Shown here in pieces: positions 37,101-52,100 of a stretch of 64,000 nucleotides of DNA (position 1 is the stretch's first letter; each line of letters opens with the position of its first letter). The stretch is taken from assembly GCA_028023455.1 (NCBI GenBank), contig JAQFVV010000004.1, positions 6,262,001-6,326,000 of the forward strand. The letters run 5' to 3'. A program made the position numbers and the translations under genes. The notes under the pieces are model-generated. The model was not told the origin of the DNA. It did not search any database and worked only from the letters and a program-made list of their open reading frames with translations. The stretch is from Epiperipatus broadwayi (Eukaryota > Animalia > Onychophora).

Positions 37101-40100
37101 AAGTTGTACACTTATTATTATTATTATATATAGAGTTAATAAATTCTAATTGTTAAATTTTTCTCCGAGTTAATATAGATGCGTTTTCATCTGGTAGTAG
37201 ATAATTATCGCTTTATTTATCTTTTCATTTCTATGATAAAAATTAAGCAACACTGCTTTGTTATGAATTAATATGTTGATAACTTTAAGTCTCAGTTATA
37301 TATATTAAAAACTTTTTTCTTTTTGATTTGAATCTATAAAATTCTAAATAACCTCCCTACATAATAAATTTCACAAAAGAATCCTTAAAACTTCTCCAAC
37401 TTTATTACAAACATATATATCTACCAAATAACTTCAAGAATTTACATTTTATATTAATAACACTATTTTACAAGAAAACTAAGAAAGGAGTTGGAATTTC
37501 ATAAGTTAAACTTTTTTTAGATTTATTGGTTGTTACAAAGCAGATTTATTATATTACAATTGTTTTTTTAAAGAAAAAAGTATAAAATATAATTAGACCA
37601 GATAGTTATTAACTTTTAACTCGCAATAAGGCAGCATTTCTTACTTTTTATTATAGAAATGAAAAGATAAAAATAATTCTAATAGTATTATTTTATTTTT
37701 AAAAAAAAGTTTTATAAGGATTATACCCTTATAATAAATTGATGAAGAGCATATCTATTTAATAAAGGTATTTTAATGGTGAAATTAAAAATAAAATAGA
37801 TTGTGAATTTATTACATTAATTTTTATTGTTTATTGGGTAGTAAAAATGTTAAATTCTTTATTAAACTGTAATGTTTTCACCCATAATGTCTGTGAAGGG
37901 GGAGGGGGCATAAATTTGTTATATAACCTCCAAACTGAAGAAACTTTATATATATTATACCAGACAAAAGCTTTAGACTCGCATATACTGACCGCCAGGG
38001 CGCCACTAGTCCGAAATTTGGAACTAGACATTTATTTCTAAGAGGTTACAGGATATGCGAATCGAATGAGCCGGACTAGCTCAATCAAGCAAATGAGATC
38101 TATGTTTTGCTCAGTGAGTTGGAAAGGTAGCAACAGAAAACAAAATCAACTAAGTAAATGAATAATTTTATTACGAGTATGATTAAATAAACATAAATCT
38201 AAATAATAATCTTTAAAGCACATTTAAAATATGTACTACACGTACATTCGTCATGATTAAACTAAAATATTTATACGGCTTTGAAAGCGATTTCCTGTGC
38301 GTGAAAGAGTGCAAAATACTGATAGTAACAGAAGTATTAGTAAGTAGACAGTGATCTCACGCAAGACAAGGGAGGTTAGCTTCCTGCTTATAACCCATAG
38401 TTAGGAAAAGGCTGAATCTCCGTATTTGAGATTTATGTAAGCTTATGTCGAAACCGAAGGAATGCGAAGGTAGCTTCCAAAACATTAATAATAATAAAAG
38501 AGTGTTGAAAGTTATTACTTTCAATCGATTGACCTCCCTCTGAGTGAGACAGGCTAGGAGCTCACGATCTACCTATTGTGAGGGTTAAAACGATCGTACG
38601 TGCCCCTAATAAGCGAATTGGAAGCTTGAAGAAATAAAACTAAAAACTATTATATTTTGTAATCGTCTATTACTAATAATTAAGGTCGCGACATAAGTAC
38701 GGCTAATAAAAATGGGTCACAAGCCAAAAGCCAATTAAATTAGTCTGTAATATCCAGACTGCGCTCTGTAACGACAAGGAATGTGAGATTAAAATAAGCT
38801 ACTATCTTACTAAGACTTAAATAGGACGGACAGTAATAGTTTTGAAACTAGCACTCGTTAAAAGAGAAAAAAAAAAAAGAATTATCAAGCACACAGAAAA
38901 CGAATTACATAATTTACAACTTGAAAAACATTTATATTTAAAAAAGAAAACAAATCTATAACCACAAAATTATTTAAATTGTGGAGCATAAGGTACCTTA
39001 ATAATTTAGTTAAACGCTAGTGCACTAGACTTCTTAAGTATAGTCCATTACTCGGGATTCACTGACGATAGGCTTGGGCGAGTTGGTTAGTAGTTTCTTT
39101 GGAGCCGGTTCTTATGGCATTATAGGCAGTTAATGGAGGCACAGGATGTCCGAACCTGTCCTGGCGAGAAGCTTAGCACATCATAGTAAAGAAAATATTC
39201 TTGCTGTAGGTTTAATGTTCATTCTAGGTAGAATAATTTCCGGATCAGCTTTCTGAATATGCAGAAATCATTCTTTCCAAGTATTTTTGGCAGGAATAGT
39301 TGTGCAATTCTCCTGTCGGAATGGGTGTCTGTTTCTTTGCACTGGTGCAAGTATTCTAGCTCATGCAAGTATTGAAAGCTAGTCAAAGATAATCCAATGG
39401 CCTGATTCAGCCTGTTATATCTGAATCATATCTCTTAAACCAATTACCAAACTTTTTCTTTTTAATTAAAATTTAAAAATTCTCTATCTCGATAACAATA
39501 GTTATCTAATTAACGAAATAAATTGCCCTTTACAGATCTAGGAACCAACTAATGAAAAATTCTTTACTTTTTGTTTTCTTTCTTTTTTAATTATTCTTAT
39601 CAATATAAATCCCAAATCTGTAAAGCAATCTATTTGTACACTTTACTTTTACATAAATTTAACAAAAAAGTAATCTTAGTTTTCTTTTTTTTTTTAAATC
39701 AAAATTAAAAACCAAATATAACTGTGGTATTAAAATATAATTCCCACGCACATACATATATATTAGTACAAGCATTAAAAAAACTTTTAATCAAGTTTTA
39801 CAAATGAAATCTTAAATAAAAATTTATTTTATTTTCTTTACCCCTATAAAAGTATAATTTTTGTAATGGTGTCTTAAACATCCATTACAATATATAAGAC
39901 TTGAATAAAAGACCAACAACAAATTATTCAACGGTTTTGACAAAACAGTTCTAATTGCTTGATTCACTTGTATAACAATCGACAAAATATTAAGATGGTT
40001 GTGACGAAAACAGTTCTAAAATGCTTGATCCACATATCCAACACTGTTGGTGCATGGAGAAACACAAGTGTGCAGTATTTTCCACTCACAGTTTATATAG

Positions 40101-43100
40101 TCGCCCTGTGTCTTTTTTCCTTAACAGCTACATATCTCCAAAGTCTTTATCACGTTTTTCAAACCCATTTTCATTGTTCTTAAAATTTAATCTCTGCAAT
40201 TTTTGTTTTTAATTATAATTATTTCCATTATAATTTATTTAACTTAAAATATTTCCTTTCTCTCATTCTTATTTTTAATAAAAAAACATCTGAAGTAATT
40301 TTGTCCCTTGACTATGCTATTTATTTTTAAACAAATACAACACTTCCTCCCCATCACTCCAGAAGTTAGCATTTATTTATTTTACATATAATCCTTCAAT
40401 CTGCATGGTTTTCTTTTATCCTGTACAGGTCTGGGTGATTTCACTTTTTCAGCTTTATTATGAACTATCACTTCTCTTTTCTTTCCTATTCTCTTATTTT
40501 CGGTTATTTACTGTTCTGGATTGCTCTTCATCTTCTGGGTTCCTATTTCTTGAAACACATCCAGTTGTATTACTTCTGGCTCTCTTTTCCTTATATGATT
40601 TATATGGCATCTGTATTGTAATCCATTCAGACCGCTAATTGAATATATTAATTTTTCAATTATGCCTTCGACCCATTTTTTGCAAATTATGTCTTTCACC
40701 CACACAGGTTCTATTGAAAACGTTTTCCCTGACATTTTATTAAACATAATACTTTGAGCATTCAGCATAATGTAGCTAATTTAGTTCTCAATTTCTGCCC
40801 ATACATTAGTTCTGCTGGTGATTTCCCAGTCATTGTCGATGGTGTAGTATGCTGATGTAGCATAAATTCTTGTAATGCTTCTTGCACATCTACATTTCCA
40901 CATTTTTTAAAACTTTTTTTTACTTGATGCACAGCATTTTCCGCTAGTCCATTTGATTCCAGATATTTTAAGATTTCTTGCTGTATCGAGATATTTTTAA
41001 CTATAGAAACCTCTATTCCTGAGTACACCAATTTCTCCTGATTAAGGAATTTTTCGTTCTACTATATACATTGGCAAAATATATGATTCGCCTCTGAAAC
41101 AAACTGGAGCATCTACTTTTCCAATTACATTCATCGAATTTCCATTTACACTCTTTACTTTGATGTCTGTCTTTTGAGGTTTTACTCTTTTATGACCTTT
41201 AGATATTTCTTTCATTTACTTTCTGATAGAAGTGAAATACCCGACCCACTATTTATTTCCATTTGCAACTCTGTATTACATATTGCATCTTTAATCAAAT
41301 TGCTCCTGCCTGGGCATTGTTATATTCTTCCTAATGGTTGTCTCTTCTTTCCTGGATAAAACTTTTTTTACATGTTTTTTTTGCACACAGCTGACAAATG
41401 ACCTTTAAATTCGCAATTATAACAATTTTCTTTCTTCCATTTACAATTCTTCAATATACGGCCAGTTTTCCACAGCAAAAACATTTCACTGCTAATATTT
41501 TCTCTCTATTCATATTTTCACTTTTTGGCTGCTGCTTTTGATCTGTTTTATAAACTGCCATTTTGTTGTTCTCTTCCAACTTGTTTCTAAAAGATAGTGC
41601 TTGATCAATTATTGCTTCATATGCTACTTCTTTCTTAATAGCCACTTTGTATGATAAATCACTTTCCTACAGCAATGTTTATAGCAATCTTTTGTCGGAC
41701 ATTCCCCACAATAATTGATCCTGCAAGACTTGTTCCAAAAATTCACCATAATCACAGTTTTTAACTGTCTTAATACTATATCATAGTCTTTAATTTTTTC
41801 TTCCCTGGCCTGTTTTCTATTTCTAAGAGCTAATCTAGCTACATGTCTAGATGGCCTCAAGATAAAATAGTCCATTAATTTTTTTATTATATCTTCAAAC
41901 TGTACTCCATTGGTTATTGGCCCACCCCATAATTTATTTACAATTTCTATGACTTTACATCCTGTTAAACACAAAAGCATGGCCACTTTTTTTCATTATC
42001 TTTTATACCATTCAACTTGAAAAAGTTTCCAATTGCATAACATATAAAGGCCATTTCTCAGCATTTTCCATACTAAATTCAGGATTATTGCTCTGTCCTA
42101 ATGACAATTTCCATTGTTTCCTAAATCTATTAGTTGACTTTTTTGTGTGGCCTATTCTTGTTTCAAGGTTTTCTTTTAAGTTTAAAAATTGAACTGCGCC
42201 AATCTTGTAATATCTTTGCTACTAATGCCTGCAGAGGGGAGGGAGTCGTACAATCCTTTATATAACCTCCAAATGTGAAGAAACTTTATATATATATGAG
42301 ACTTGGATAAAAGGCCAACAACAAATTATTCAACGGTTGTGACGAAACAGTTCTAATTGCTTGATTCATTTGTATAACGGTCAATGACAAAATATTAAGA
42401 CGGTTGTGATAAAAACAGTTCTAACATGCTTGATTCACATATCCAACACTGCTGGTGCACAGAAAAAAAACACAAGTGCGCAATATTTTCCACTTTCAAT
42501 TTATATAGTCCCCCTGTGTCTTTTTTCCTTATCAGCTACATATCTCCAAAGTCTTTATCACATGTTTTTCAAACCCGTTTTCATTGTTTTTAAAATTTAA
42601 CCTCTGCAGTTTTTGTTTTTAATTATAATTGTTTAACTTAAAATATTTCCTTTCTCTCATTCTTATTTTTAATAAAAAACTTCTGGAGTAATTTTGTCCC
42701 TTGACTTCGCTATTTATTTTTAAACAAATACAACATAAACAATACAAAAGAGAAGACTGATAATAATAGTATTTCTGAACGAGTTTATAAAATTGTATCT
42801 AGATGTATGAAGATTTACTTTGCAAAACTAAACTAACTTTAAATAAAAGGATTAAAATTAATAATAATGAGTGTAATTGCTCATGATGTATTGTTTGATC
42901 AGACAAATTTGGTGTCTTCTTAGAAAAAGAGACTCTTTTGATTAAAAAATATGGCTCTGAAGCTATCAAACTGATAATAACACCATTTAACATAAAAGGT
43001 TGATAGAGATAGATATCTATTATGAGTCATTTGCAATATGTATTTAAAAATACACATTGCTGTAATTACATTTAAAAAACCCTATGTGTATACGTGAAAC

Positions 43101-46100
43101 TATGATCTTGTATTAAGTTTTTTAATGGTTTAGCTAGTATTGTTAATTTTCTGGTTTCATTTTACTTACAATTATTAGTTTAGCATTAAGCAGGATTGAA
43201 TATATATATATACACATGTACATTCCATCAATATTTTGCTTTAATTTCAACGATCCATGTTCTAGTTATTCTCATATTTCTACATCTATGTATTATTATA
43301 ACTCTCTTTTCTTCAATTACTTCTTATTTTTACTGCAAAAATAACATCTATTTTCACTCTAGTTGTAGGCAATAAGTAAAACTTCTTAACTGAATGATTG
43401 ATTAGAAAATGACTAAAAAATCTATACAAGCATTGACTGCATTGCCATCTAGAATTCTTTATTACCCATTTAAAGCTTTGGTAAAGGAAAATGTAATAAA
43501 TTGTTGAATATATATAGAAGCAGTGAGTGAGAAAGTTTTATTCAAGTGACTTAAATTTAAAATTCATGGGAATTGTAACAATGTAATCTTTATTTTTTTA
43601 TAAACTAATATTAAAAAATTCTTACCTTCAGTCTGATAATTTAAAGCTACCATTTGTAAACCAAAAGCCCAAAAATTAAGTGGATTAAAGTTTGAGGAAT
43701 CAATCCTCATTCCTGCAGGATATGTTCTCATCAAATGTGTCTCATTATGAGTTGAAAAGTCAAGGATTAAATAATAAATTTATTACAGTGACTCACATCT
43801 TATTGCATATAAAAAAATATACAATAAAGTGAAATAAATTAATTATAAATAAAACAAAAATAAGAAAAATAATTTACTTTCTAGACAAGATTATTTTTTT
43901 TTATTCCAGGCTTTAAAATTTGACTCAAAAGCAGCAAAAAATAATTTGATAAAAATTGCTTAATGATCATCAATATCGTCAACCATTACCAATCCGCTGC
44001 AGAATGAAGGTCTCTCCAAGTTCAATCCATCTTCTCCAATCTCTAGCATCTCTTCTTCACATCATCCCCACCCACTTTCTTATTTCACCCATCCATCTCA
44101 TATGTGGTCTCATTCTGGGTCTTTTACAATCTCTTGGAATCCAGTTTAATATTTCACCTGTTCATCTATTATCATCTCTTCTAGCTGTATGTTTGGCCCA
44201 ACTTCATTTCAGTCTTTTAATTCTTTCAATGATGTCAGTAACATCTTATGGATCGCATTTTTGATTTCTTTTTATTACTCCTAACATGCATCTCTCCAGT
44301 CTTCTTTGAGTAGCCTGAAGTCTCTGTATTGCTCTTCTGTTATGTGTTCAATTCTCAGATCCATAAGTAAGAACTGGAAAAACACATTTATTAAAAAGTT
44401 TCCTTTTTCAAACACATAGGCATATTTCCTTTTAGTATTAAGTTATTTTTACCAAAAGCATTCCAACAAAGTTTAATTCTATAATTAATTTCATCCATTA
44501 TGTTTCCATCTGTAGTAATAATCTGACCAAGTTATTTGTAGTTGTTAAGTTTTTCTAACTCATCATTATCAATCTTTATTTTCGTCTTTTGAGAAAATCC
44601 ATTGAACACTATTTTAATTTTTCTAATATTTACCTTTAGTCCTACTTTCTTAATTTCATCTGATAACTCTTGCAACATTTCCTGAAGCTCTGAAGCATTA
44701 TTTGCAAAAAACAACTACATCATTAGCCAAATCTAAATGATTTAAATAATCATTTACTTTTATTCCTTTAGCTTCCCATTTTAATCCACAAAATACTCCT
44801 TGTAGCATTGCTGTAAAGTTATGGAGATATGAAGTCACCCTGTCTTATACTCTTCCCAATGTTAACCTTCCTAGTATCATTATATAATCTAATTCTTGCT
44901 GTTGCATTTTTATAATTATTCTTCAGAATATGATAATATCTTGGGTCTATACCTTGATGATCCAATGCTTTAATTACTGAAGAAATGCTTATACAATCAA
45001 ATACCTTTTCATAATCTACAAATCCATAGCATAATGACAACTTATATTCATTGATCCTTGATCCACTGTACTAAAACCACTTTTAAATCCAGCTTGTACT
45101 TTTAATTGGTTGAATTCCAAAGTTCTCTGTAGATGAGTTGTAATTATCTTGATCAAAATTTTATATCAAACTGATAAAAGACTGATAGATCTGTAATTTC
45201 TAATATCTTCTTTATCACCTTTTTAAATATTATTTTTAATACTGAATTCTTCTAATAATATACCTCTTTATCATTTAAACATTTGGTTTATAACTTTGAG
45301 CAAATTTTTTTCTACTTCTTCATTTGCTTCTTTTAATATATCAATTATAATTCCATCTTTACTTGGAGATTTCTCTTCTTCATAAATTTAATTGCATGTC
45401 TCACTTCTTCATTTAATATCCTAAGCAATTCAGAAGATATAAAAGCCTGTAGGAGGTAGTTGTTCTTTATTACTATATAATTCTAGCTCTTCTACCCATT
45501 TCATGATGTTATCTCTCTTTTTAGTAATAGTTCCATCTTTTTTTCTTATTGCAGATATAAGTTTCCTACCAATATTAAAATGTTGTTTTACACTCTTGAG
45601 ACTTTTATTCTCTTCTACAGCTTTCCTTGCTGGTTCACAATTACACTTTCTTAAATCTTTATCAAATCTTTTTCGCACCATTTACAAAATTTGAGATATT
45701 CAATTCTTAATGTATCATTTTTATATATCTTCATATTCCTTCTTTTCTTCTTAAATTCTCTAGTCTCAGTAAAAATTTTATTGGCCAATTGCTGCTTTTT
45801 TCTACCGGCTATTTTTGTTGCAGTTTTTAAAAGTATATGTTATTTTCCTATTAATTTAATTCAAATCTGAATCATGTTCAAAATCTGTTAATATTTGAAA
45901 ATGATTTGCAAGTTCTAATTTAATTAATTAGAATGTTTCTGAAGATTAAAAATATTAGCTGTGAATATTGTTTTTCTTAATAATTTTTGTTGGTAATAGT
46001 ATGTATACTGAACTCCACCGTTTGATGGCACTGCCTTTCGCCCAATGCACATCAATATACCGATTCATGGGCCATCGGTTTCTTTACAGAATACTATAGT

Positions 46101-49100
46101 AAAAAAATTTTTTTTTTCACTTTCTATACTTGAAACTCATATGTTTTTTTGTTTGTTTTCATTTTTAATAAACAAAGACTTATATGGTGTAGGGGGAGTG
46201 TGCTTTTAAATTATCAACTTTTTTTTTGATTTTGAGCTTTTTTTTTTTTTGATTTTGAATTATTGGTTTCCTTACATAATACTATGTTAGAAAAATTTTT
46301 TTTTTACCCCTTTCTATACATAAAACTCGCATGTTTTTTTTTTTTTCCTTTTTAATAAACAAACACTTTGTTTTTAGATGGTAGAGGGAGGTTGGTTTGC
46401 TTTTAAATTATTGCCTTTTTTTGGATTTTGAGCTTTTTTAAAGCCTTAAACAATTCAGTTTTAATAAATCAACAGTTGGTTTTTAGAGGGTGGAGGGGAG
46501 TTGGTTTGAATTTTAATTCTCATCTTTTAGTATCTTTTGCCGATGTATTGGAAACTTCGCATATTAATTTTAAATATGTTCTAATATAGAATACATATAA
46601 AGAGATAGATTAACAAAATATACAAATTATTGGAGGGGGGTTGGTTTGCTTTTAAATTATCATCTTTTATTTTTTTATTACGAAGTTTTTTTTTAAATAT
46701 TTACGCTACTGAAACCTTTATATGACAGCGAAAAGTTCTTCCTTTATTTTTTGCCTTTTTCAAAAAGCCTTAATTAAACAGTTCATTTTAAAAAAAAACA
46801 TTTTTTTTTTTAGGAGGGTGGGGAGTTATGGTTTGTTTGACTCCAATAGGAGATGAGCCTCAAAGCTGTAAGTAACGGGATTTTGGAGTCGTCCAACCAA
46901 CCAACTTCCCTTACACAGACCCCAGGTATACTTGCAGGATTGGCAACAGAATTCCCCAGATCCTGTAGTTGACTAAAACCATCCTCCTTCCACAAACGTA
47001 TAGCTTGGCATCTGGCAAGATGTTTTATTTCTGGAAAAACACAACACCGTCAACTTCTGTGGCCAGCAATTCATTCCCCTTCAACCAATTTTGAACATTT
47101 GCTGCTGACATTTTACTGTTCTCGTACAGATTTATGCGTAAACGTGCATTTGCGCTTGAACTTGGCAGAACTCTGCTAAAAACCCTAACCTTCTCAGGTT
47201 GTGTGCAGTTCAAAATTGTAGGGAAGCGTGCATGACAGTCTGACAATTCTTAATATTTAATACTAAATCCACTACACTTTCTCAAAATTTTTCCACAATG
47301 AATTGCTCAAACAACTCTGTTGTAAGTGTTAGCCATAAGTTAGGTCACTAAAACGGTATATTGAAGTGCGTTGTGTGAAAAATAGCGCCATCAAGCGGTT
47401 GGGTTCAGTATACATACTATTACCTTTTTGTCTCTAGTTTTGCATCAACATGTATCTTACATTTCACTGATCAATGATCACTTTCTGTGTTAAATTTATT
47501 AAGAACATTACAATCTTAAAATATGTATTTTCTGTTAGTCAAAATATAGTCCAATTCTGCTGCATTTTCATTTGGATACTTCCATGTCCATTTCCTTTTA
47601 ACACTTTTCTCAAAAAAAGAATTCATAATATAAAGTTTTTCTTTCACTGCAAACTCCCCAATTCTATGGCTTCTCTCATTTCTATTTTCATTTTTCAATT
47701 GTTTATCAATTCTAGCATTAAAGTCTCCCATAACAATTTTAAAATGTTGTTTGGTCTGATCAAAAGTCTTTTGATAATGCTAGGCTTAGAACCTTATTAA
47801 TATGACATTATCACAGATGAATGTTACTGAATATATTATAATGACTCTATCATAAAGCTATTCCACTGATAAAATTTCATGAAATAATTTGATGCAATTG
47901 TATATATATTTTGAAATATATAAAATTTTCATCAAATTATTTTATGCAATTTTATTGGAGGAATAGTTTTATAATAAAGCCATAATAATATATTCAGAAC
48001 AATCAAATATCATAATAAAATATTAATAATATCCTAAGCCTGACATTATCATATCTAAATCATTAAGCATAATAAATTTTCACATGAACACCATATTTGA
48101 GTGGCACTACTATGGAGAATTCTATCATAATAAATTTTGCCTGCAGAAGTTGTTTATAGAGGAAGTGAATTACTACAATGATAAATGCTTGAATGAAGTA
48201 CCATTTAATGTTGTTATATTCTCTTTTAAACTGATCAATTAATATTTTCAAGGCACTAACACAGCATTATGAGTGTTCTGCAGATATTATATAAGATTCA
48301 GTACAATAAATTTATCATACTACACATTGAGGATGCCACAGATCATTTGTAAACTAATTAAAAATGAGTACTTGATAATTATGTTTGGAGAATATTAGTT
48401 GAATCACTTTAAAGAAGAGATTGAATAAATCCACTATAGAAGTAGTACATCATAAAGAGATTTCAGTAAATCTATAATAAAAATGTTTCAACACTTTATT
48501 GAATTTTTAAAGCGATAATTATAATGGCAGATATGTAAATTTTAACATATTATCTATAATTCATAATTGATATAAGTTTTGAAATAAAAAAATCTCATAC
48601 TCTTTATTTGTTACTAATAAAACATTAAAAATCAACATTAGAGAGAGGAATTTATAAAGCACATCATTGTTTTTATATGTTTGAGAAATTGGGTAACTGA
48701 AGGTGATAATAGTAATAAAGAAATTACTAGTAAAAATTATAATGGTAAATCTTTTTTTTTTAAAAAATTAAGCATTATTTTAATAAGAGATTAATCTGTG
48801 ATCCATTGAGATAAGATTTAAGAAAGAATTTTGTAAAAGAAACATTTTGTTTAGAGTATGGCATTATATGGACAAAGGCTTGGACAATTAGGAAAAGAGA
48901 GAAAAATTTAGAACTTTCAAAATATGAATTTTGAAGAAGAAATAGAATATAGGTTGGAAAGATAATGGAGAAATATTGAAAAAAAAATAAAAAGATAAAA
49001 AAATATTTATAGAAAAATTGTGAGTGTAAAAAGAAATTGGATTGAAAAAAAATGATGGAAAAGATTACAAAAGATAAAAAAAATAAATAAAGAGGAATAG

Positions 49101-52100
49101 CTATTAGTATTTACAGACAAAACAAAGAGAAAGAAAGGCTTAAAAAAGATGGGCAGGTTTGTGCAGATTGTGCCTGGAATATGATTATATTCATTTAGTA
49201 ATTTTCTACAAAATGATAAATCTAATCTTTCCTATTCTTTGACATAAAAACATTTAGTGAAAAATTTATGTAGAACAAAGATTTCACTAAACACATTATA
49301 ATTACATTTTTGTATGGTAATAAAAAATACAAATTTCAGGCATATAGGTTATCGGTTTCTCTTAAACATCTTAAAAACACCAGATTTCAATAATCTTTCT
49401 TTACTGTTATTATTATTTCTGGTAGCATTTCATTATTGTCTGATGACTTTCTAGATTTCAAAATTATTGAGTTCTTAAAATATTAATACAATGATATACT
49501 TATAAAATTGAGCATCAATACATAATTAATAAAGATTTTTGCTAGGAAACAATATAACAAGTGCTATATTTTATTTATAATCGGTATAAACCCTAATAGA
49601 AAACAAAATTACCCAAAATGATATACTAAATGCAAATGTGTGTATATATTTGAATTGGTGTGCATATAATTTTATTTAAAGGATATGCAATGAGAGCAAG
49701 GGGATTTTTGCGGCATAGTTTCTTAGCAGTGTTTTCATTCAACGATGATACATAAAAGCAGGTGGGAGAGTTGTTCCTACGTTTACTAGAACTGCTTGAT
49801 GAGGATACACTATAGTCGAGCTTTGTTTCTGAAATAAAATAAAATTTATAGAAAATAAAGTAAAAAAAAAAAATGTGTGTGAGCAAAATGTCTAGAATTC
49901 ATAAAGATAATATTAATGTATAAATACAATTATTTAAATTTATGCATTAATTATAGAGCATTAAATGAAACAATTTTATAATTAGATTTTCAAGAGATTG
50001 TTGTGATATTTAAGTATCTACAACAAAATGACAGGTTGAGTGTAGGAGTTTTATTCAATTGACCAAATTCATTTCTTTTTTTTACTTTACTCAACAGAGA
50101 ATCAATCCTAGAATCTGTAAGTTGTTGAACTTATACCATTCTATCTCTGATAAATTGCACAGGGCCCATAATAAAAAATGGGAATTTAGGTAGGTAAGAA
50201 AAAAGTAATAATGAAACAATTTTTGAGACATATAAAATCATAATAAATTAAAATTTAGAAATTTTGAATCTAAAAAGGACAACAGACTTGCTAATTTTTT
50301 TAGTAAAGAAAATACTTTTTAGAGATGACCATCCATTCAGACATCTATGTTATAAGACTTCATTTATAAATAAAGACAAAAATTAATTTTGTAGTAAAAA
50401 AAAAAGTTCCTGAATGAACATACACTTTTTATTAAAAAATTATAATAATTCCATCAATCAGAGAAATATAACAAATTAAAATAATACCAATATTAATTCA
50501 CACACAAAGAAAATATTAATTACAATCTTGAATGCACTTTCAGTGATATTGCCAAAACGCAAACATTATATTCAAAATAAAAGTAGAAGTACAAAATTAT
50601 ACCATTGGACTGCACATGTTCCAAAATAGACTTAATGTTTTTAGATTTTCTGTTCAATAAGGAGCCTGCATTAATAATGAACTATGCCTCTTTAATTTTA
50701 TATTTCTTATTATTATATGCAGTGAAAATCATTTGTATTTCTTTAGGTTTGCCAACTTGACCAAATATCTTTTCACAGTAAAAATATTGATAAAACTATA
50801 GAATCTATTTTAGCATTACTATTGTAACAGTAGCAGGGTTCAAACCCTGTTACAAAAAAGTGAAAAGCGCGTACGCATTACCCTCAATACAGGTATATAT
50901 TCAAGCGGTGATAAAGGGTTAAAAATATATATAATTATACATATATGTACGTGCGTGAAGTAAATTTTAAACTCTTTTTCTTTATTATTCTTTTTTTTGT
51001 TGTTAGAAATTAAATGGGGAAGGGATTGATTAGTAAGCATTATTTATTTAGAATGTTTTACTTTTAAAATATTACAAATTAACAAAATTACAGTTGTGAG
51101 CAAATATGTTATATATTGTTTAGAATATTGATTTAAGTTTCAATTATATTTCAAATTAATGAGGGTAGCGAAAAGGGAATATTGTTTGTGCCTTCAAGCA
51201 ATTCTGTGTTTGAATCACAATCGCTAATTACTGCAAAAATAAAATTCCAAGAAAAAGCCAAAGAATGTTTGACCAAAAAGAATAGATACCTGGAATGACG
51301 GCACCACAAAAACAATGTAAATGTAAATTTAAAGAAGTAAAAGTAATTTGGAAAGGAAAACCTACTCAAAGAAAAAGACTTAGATTGAAGATCCGATAAA
51401 AAAAATTTTTTTCTTTTGTCTGAGAAATGAAAATTAATTAGACAAAAAATTAATTAATGAGAATTTGAGAAAGGAAAAAGACAGTTATTTCAGTTAGATT
51501 GTGACCGCTGAGTGAGATAGACTCATAAAGATATAGAAAAAAATATTTAACATGACGGGGTAAGGACCATACGTAAAGGGCTTCATCACCTGCAGCCGAT
51601 GCGAACTGACTCTAAACCGCCTGCTGCCAAAGAACCTAGCGAATACTCCAGATTGTTGAACATAAAATGAAATAGAAAAGAATCGTACGTCCCAAAATAT
51701 GAATTTATTTGATTTGAAAATTATATTAGACAAGACTTCACCTACGGCTCCGCCATTACTTATGGACATCTAAATATGGGACTCTGCAGAAAGAAATTAT
51801 GTATTGCGCTTTTATAAGGCAACTCCAAATACTACTAGATCACGGAAATCCACTTGATATGCTTCATTACATTATAATCCCATACCCCGGGGTTTTGTCA
51901 GGTAAAGTGAACTCTGTTTTTTATATAACTCAGAATTGCTTATAGCTACCCTCGAAAATAACAAACTTTCTTAAATTATTTCATAACATAAAATTATTGT
52001 GTACAACTGTATAGTAAACATTTTTTTTTTCTTATGTATATAAATTAATATGTGTTTATTCTAAATTAAATGTTTTATTGTTTCATTTATGATTTGGGAA

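Larger units (their letters stand above)
43751..49686 (-). other. U12-type AT-AC intron, 5936 nt, phase 2
   Basis: Donor GC|ATATCCTTT at 49686; branch site TCCTTGAC at 43766-43759; acceptor CAAC| at 43751. The junction restores [18 protein letters not shown]. Confidence 0.93.

Noticed and set aside
38040-38860. Group II intron resemblance (GTGCG at about 38297; GCACGTACG on - at about 38600)
   Set aside because: No pairing domain V helix or AGC triad context, and no exon context. The matches are short chance words.
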